From the NCBI GenBank assembly GCA_028282585.1, contig JANQHR010000047.1, positions 84,732 to 148,731 of the forward strand: DNA of 64,000 bases, given 5' to 3'. Shown one piece after another: positions 60,964-64,000 of this stretch. This DNA is from Bacteroidales bacterium (GTDB taxonomy: Bacteria > Bacteroidota > Bacteroidia > Bacteroidales > UBA12077). Positions within the stretch are counted from its first letter, which is position 1; every line of letters starts with the position of its first letter. The notes under the pieces are model-generated. The model searched no databases and was not told the DNA's origin. It saw nothing but the letters and a program-made list of their open reading frames with translations. The translations under genes and the position numbers were made by a program.

Positions 60964-62322
60964 ATGAAGATTTCTTTTTTTAAAAACGCTCTTTTAGGAA
61001 TATTAGTAGTATTTTCTGTAAAATTAACAGTTGGTCAGGAAAATGAGATGATAGACAGAGTTGTAGCAACCATTGGAGATAAAATAATATTACAATCAGA
61101 TATTGAAAATCAGGTTCTGCAAATGATATCTCAAGGTTTTCCTGCTACATCCGAAATTGAATGTGAGATAATGGAACAATTGCTAATTCAAAAAATGCTT
61201 CTGATTCAATCTGAGTTGGATAGTATTGAAGTTGGTTTAGGTAGAGTAGAATCAGAACTTGACCGAAGGTTAATGTTTTTTGTCCGCCAGGTGGGTTCTG
61301 AGAAAAAATTGGAAGAATTTTATAATAAATCAATATTAGAGATTAAAGAAGATTTTAGACCACTTATAGAGGAACAATTAAAAACACAAATGATGCAGGC
61401 TACATTAGTTTCTAACATTGATGTATCTCCAAAAGCGGTTCAAAAATATTATAAAGATTTGCCCAAAGATAGTATTCCAATGGTAAATACCCAGTACGAG
61501 ATAAATCAAATTATGGTTTATCCATCACAAAATGAAGAGGCAAGAAATGAAGCAAGGGAAAAATTGCTGAATTTACGTCAAAGGATTATTGATGGTGAAA
61601 GATTTTCTACATTAGCGGTGTTGTATTCCGAGGATCCCGGTTCAGCAAGAAGAGGTGGGGAATTAGGTTTTAGATCAAGAGATGAGTTAGATCCTGAATT
61701 TGCAAAAGCAGCATTTAGGTTAACAGATGATGGAGGGATATCACGAATCGTGGAATCTGCTTATGGCTTTCATATTATACAACTAATTGCAAGTGAAAGC
61801 AATCAGGTAAATGTTCGCCATATTTTAATAATTCCTGAAGTAGATATCGAGGAAAAAATTGGAGCAAAGAATAAATTGGATAGTATTTCTAATTTGATTC
61901 AGTTGGATTCTTTAAGTTTGGAAAGAGCTGCACTTAAATTTTCGGAAGATGAACAATCGAGATTAAATGATGGATTAATGGTTAATCCAATGGACGCTTC
62001 TACAAAATTTAACTTGGATGAGTTACCTACTTATGAGTATAATGTTATAAAAAACCTTAGGCCTGGTGAGATATCAGAACCATTTGAATCTCGTGATGAA
62101 AATGGCAAGGTTGTATTTAAAATCATGCAGATCAAAAACGAAATAGAAGCTCACAGAGCTAATTTAGAAGACGATTATGAATTGATTGAGCAAATGGCTA
62201 AGCAAGAAAAACAACTCGAAGTTGTAAATAAGTGGATAGAAGAAAAGAAAAGAAAGACATACATTCATATTGATGAATCGTTTATGGGTTGTGAGTTCCT
62301 AAAAGAAGGTTGGATTAAATAA
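60964..62322 (+). CDS. surA: SurA-like periplasmic chaperone/PPIase
   Basis: IDRVVATIG..IILQSD, YSEDPGS..GGELGF and ESAYGFHIIQL. Confidence 0.85.
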   Translation: MKISFFKNALLGILVVFSVKLTVGQENEMIDRVVATIGDKIILQSDIENQVLQMISQGFPATSEIECEIMEQLLIQKMLLIQSELDSIEVGLGRVESELDRRLMFFVRQVGSEKKLEEFYNKSILEIKEDFRPLIEEQLKTQMMQATLVSNIDVSPKAVQKYYKDLPKDSIPMVNTQYEINQIMVYPSQNEEARNEAREKLLNLRQRIIDGERFSTLAVLYSEDPGSARRGGELGFRSRDELDPEFAKAAFRLTDDGGISRIVESAYGFHIIQLIASESNQVNVRHILIIPEVDIEEKIGAKNKLDSISNLIQLDSLSLERAALKFSEDEQSRLNDGLMVNPMDASTKFNLDELPTYEYNVIKNLRPGEISEPFESRDENGKVVFKIMQIKNEIEAHRANLEDDYELIEQMAKQEKQLEVVNKWIEEKKRKTYIHIDESFMGCEFLKEGWIK

Positions 62323-62337
62323 CAGGAAAATATATTA

Positions 62338-63843
62338 ATGAATAAATATTTATTTCTGGTTGCTGTTTTATTCTTTTGGGTATTATTGGCTTCTGCTCAA
62401 CAAAAGGAGCAAATAAATATTATTAACTCAAATTCATTAGAATTTAACCGGGAAATTGGCGAAGGAGTAAGGCGTTTACTAGGTGATGTTATTTTAGAAC
62501 ACGATAACGCAACAATGTATTGTGACAGCGCCTATTTGTTCACTACTCAAAACATTTTTCACGCCTTTAGCAATGTACATGTTAATAGGGGAGATTCAAT
62601 TCATTTATATGGCGATTTTATGGTGTATAATGGAAATACCAAAATAGGAAAGTTTAGAAATAATGTTCGCCTCGAAAATGATTCTACAACCCTTTATACT
62701 GATTCTTTAGATTATTATTCAGGTTCTAATGTAGCGAACTATTTCGAGGGTGGAAGAATAGTTAATGAAAATAATACTTTAACAAGCATTGTTGGATATT
62801 ATTACGCAAACGATGATATGTTTTTCTTTAAAGATAGTGTAGTGGCAATAACGCCTGATTATGTTATTTACACTGATACAATGAAATATTATACAAAAGA
62901 AAAGATCACCTATTTCCTGGGGCCTACAAATATTTATAACGAAGAAAACCATTTATATGCCGAAAACGGTTGGTACAGATCAGAAGAAAAAAAGTTTCAA
63001 TTTAATGAAAATGCAAGGTATCAGAATAAAGAAAAAATTTTAATTGGAGATAGTTTGTATTATGATGATCTCAATGGTATTGGAATAGCTATTGATAACA
63101 TTGAAATGATTGATACGACGGAAAATATGATTCTTAAGGGCAATTATGCATATTATACCAAGGATCCCGAAACATTCTTAATAACTGATAGCGCTATATT
63201 AATTCAAGTGTCGAATTATACTGATTCTCTATATTTACATGGGGATTCTATTTCTTCGAATTATGACTCTACAGGAACTTACAGAATATTAAAGGCATAT
63301 CATAAAGTACAAATATTCCGTGAAGATTTTCAAGCGCGCTGCGATTCTATGGTATATAATTTTCAGGATTCTGTTGTAACAATGCATACCGAACCAATTA
63401 TATGGTCAGAGGGTAGTCAGATGACAGCGGATAAAGTGGAAATTCATATTAAAAATGAAGTTATTGATTTTTTTAAGCTGATCAATACAGCATTTATTGT
63501 CTCAGAGAAAGATACTACCAGATTTGATCAAATTCGAGGTAAGCAAATGATTGGATATATACGAAATAATAAACTAAGTCGTGTTGATGTTTTTGGAAAT
63601 GGACAAACTATATATTTCACAGTAGATGAAAAGGAAAACGAAATAGTGGGAGTAAACTATGCCGAAAGTAGCGATATAATTTTGTATATGAAAGAAGGAC
63701 AGGTAAATAGAATAAATATGATAAAGGAACCTACAGGGACTCTTTATCCACTTGATGAGTTAGAGCAAACAAAATTGAAAGATTTTCAATGGTTAGAACA
63801 TTTAAGACCTAAAGAGAAAAACGATATATTTATATGGAGATAA
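62338..63843 (+). CDS. OstA-like (LptA/LptD N-terminal beta-jellyroll) protein
   Basis: HDNATMYCDSA, FSNVH and LYTDSLDY repeats; follows surA as in Bacteroidota. Confidence 0.8.
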   Translation: MNKYLFLVAVLFFWVLLASAQQKEQINIINSNSLEFNREIGEGVRRLLGDVILEHDNATMYCDSAYLFTTQNIFHAFSNVHVNRGDSIHLYGDFMVYNGNTKIGKFRNNVRLENDSTTLYTDSLDYYSGSNVANYFEGGRIVNENNTLTSIVGYYYANDDMFFFKDSVVAITPDYVIYTDTMKYYTKEKITYFLGPTNIYNEENHLYAENGWYRSEEKKFQFNENARYQNKEKILIGDSLYYDDLNGIGIAIDNIEMIDTTENMILKGNYAYYTKDPETFLITDSAILIQVSNYTDSLYLHGDSISSNYDSTGTYRILKAYHKVQIFREDFQARCDSMVYNFQDSVVTMHTEPIIWSEGSQMTADKVEIHIKNEVIDFFKLINTAFIVSEKDTTRFDQIRGKQMIGYIRNNKLSRVDVFGNGQTIYFTVDEKENEIVGVNYAESSDIILYMKEGQVNRINMIKEPTGTLYPLDELEQTKLKDFQWLEHLRPKEKNDIFIWR

Positions 63844-63869
63844 AATAAAAGGGACTTTAAAGTCACTTG

Positions 63870-63898
63870 TGGTCGGAAGAAATTCCGACCATTTTTTT
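63870..63898 (+). terminator. Rho-independent terminator
   Basis: TGGTCGGAA-GAAA-TTCCGACCA-TTTTTTT. Confidence 0.85.
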
Positions 63899-63908
63899 GC
63901 TGTTTCGG

Positions 63909-64000
63909 TCAAGTTTTAAACATCAGATCAGGATTACCACCACACTGAGTTACGATAATTGCAATTGCGAGATTACGCACTTCCATTGCCATTCTTCTTT
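63909..64000 (-). CDS. Possible 3' end of a convergent gene (partial, unidentified)
   Basis: Open frame ...RRMAMEVRNLAIAIIVTQCGGNPDLMFKT* ending at TGA 63909-63911; too short to identify. Confidence 0.3.
   Translation of the reverse strand, partial: RRMAMEVRNLAIAIIVTQCGGNPDLMFKT

Noticed and set aside
58146-63843. Three consecutive PPIase-like genes plus OstA as a novel system
   Set aside because: guaB-PPIase-lipoprotein-surA-OstA is a familiar conserved Bacteroidota envelope-biogenesis gene order.

Overview
AT-rich Bacteroidota (Bacteroidales/Marinilabiliales-like) chromosomal window. The assignment rests on a T9SS type-B sorting protein, TAnnTTTG promoters and the guaB-PPIase-surA-OstA gene order. 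About 1-38.4 kb and 54.5-64 kb look like core genome: relA/spoT start, an M16 peptidase pair, three tandem CLC-CBS anion transporters, DUF134-NifX, glyA, exbB-exbD-tonB, tamB, tsaD, yaaA, MacAB-TolC, rlmI, a LytS/LytTR two-component system, recQ, guaB, a PPIase cluster and an OstA-like gene. About 38.4-54.5 kb is an accessory island with no visible integrase: a HaeIII-type restriction-modification system plus Vsr, AraC-TlpA, a methyltransferase with a subclass B1 metallo-beta-lactamase, a membrane XRE regulator with a TAP-like hydrolase-ankyrin fusion, a MocR/decarboxylase/LysE/EamA module and hipBA. The best leads are (1) the CLC triplet, whose three copies all carry non-canonical and mutually different ion-pathway signatures, (2) a candidate ECF-sigma-dependent structured sRNA upstream of yaaA, (3) paired palindromic operators at the DUF134 gene and (4) the B1 metallo-beta-lactamase. 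I recognised no rRNA, tRNA or CRISPR array. All calls come from reading motifs by eye; no database search was run.
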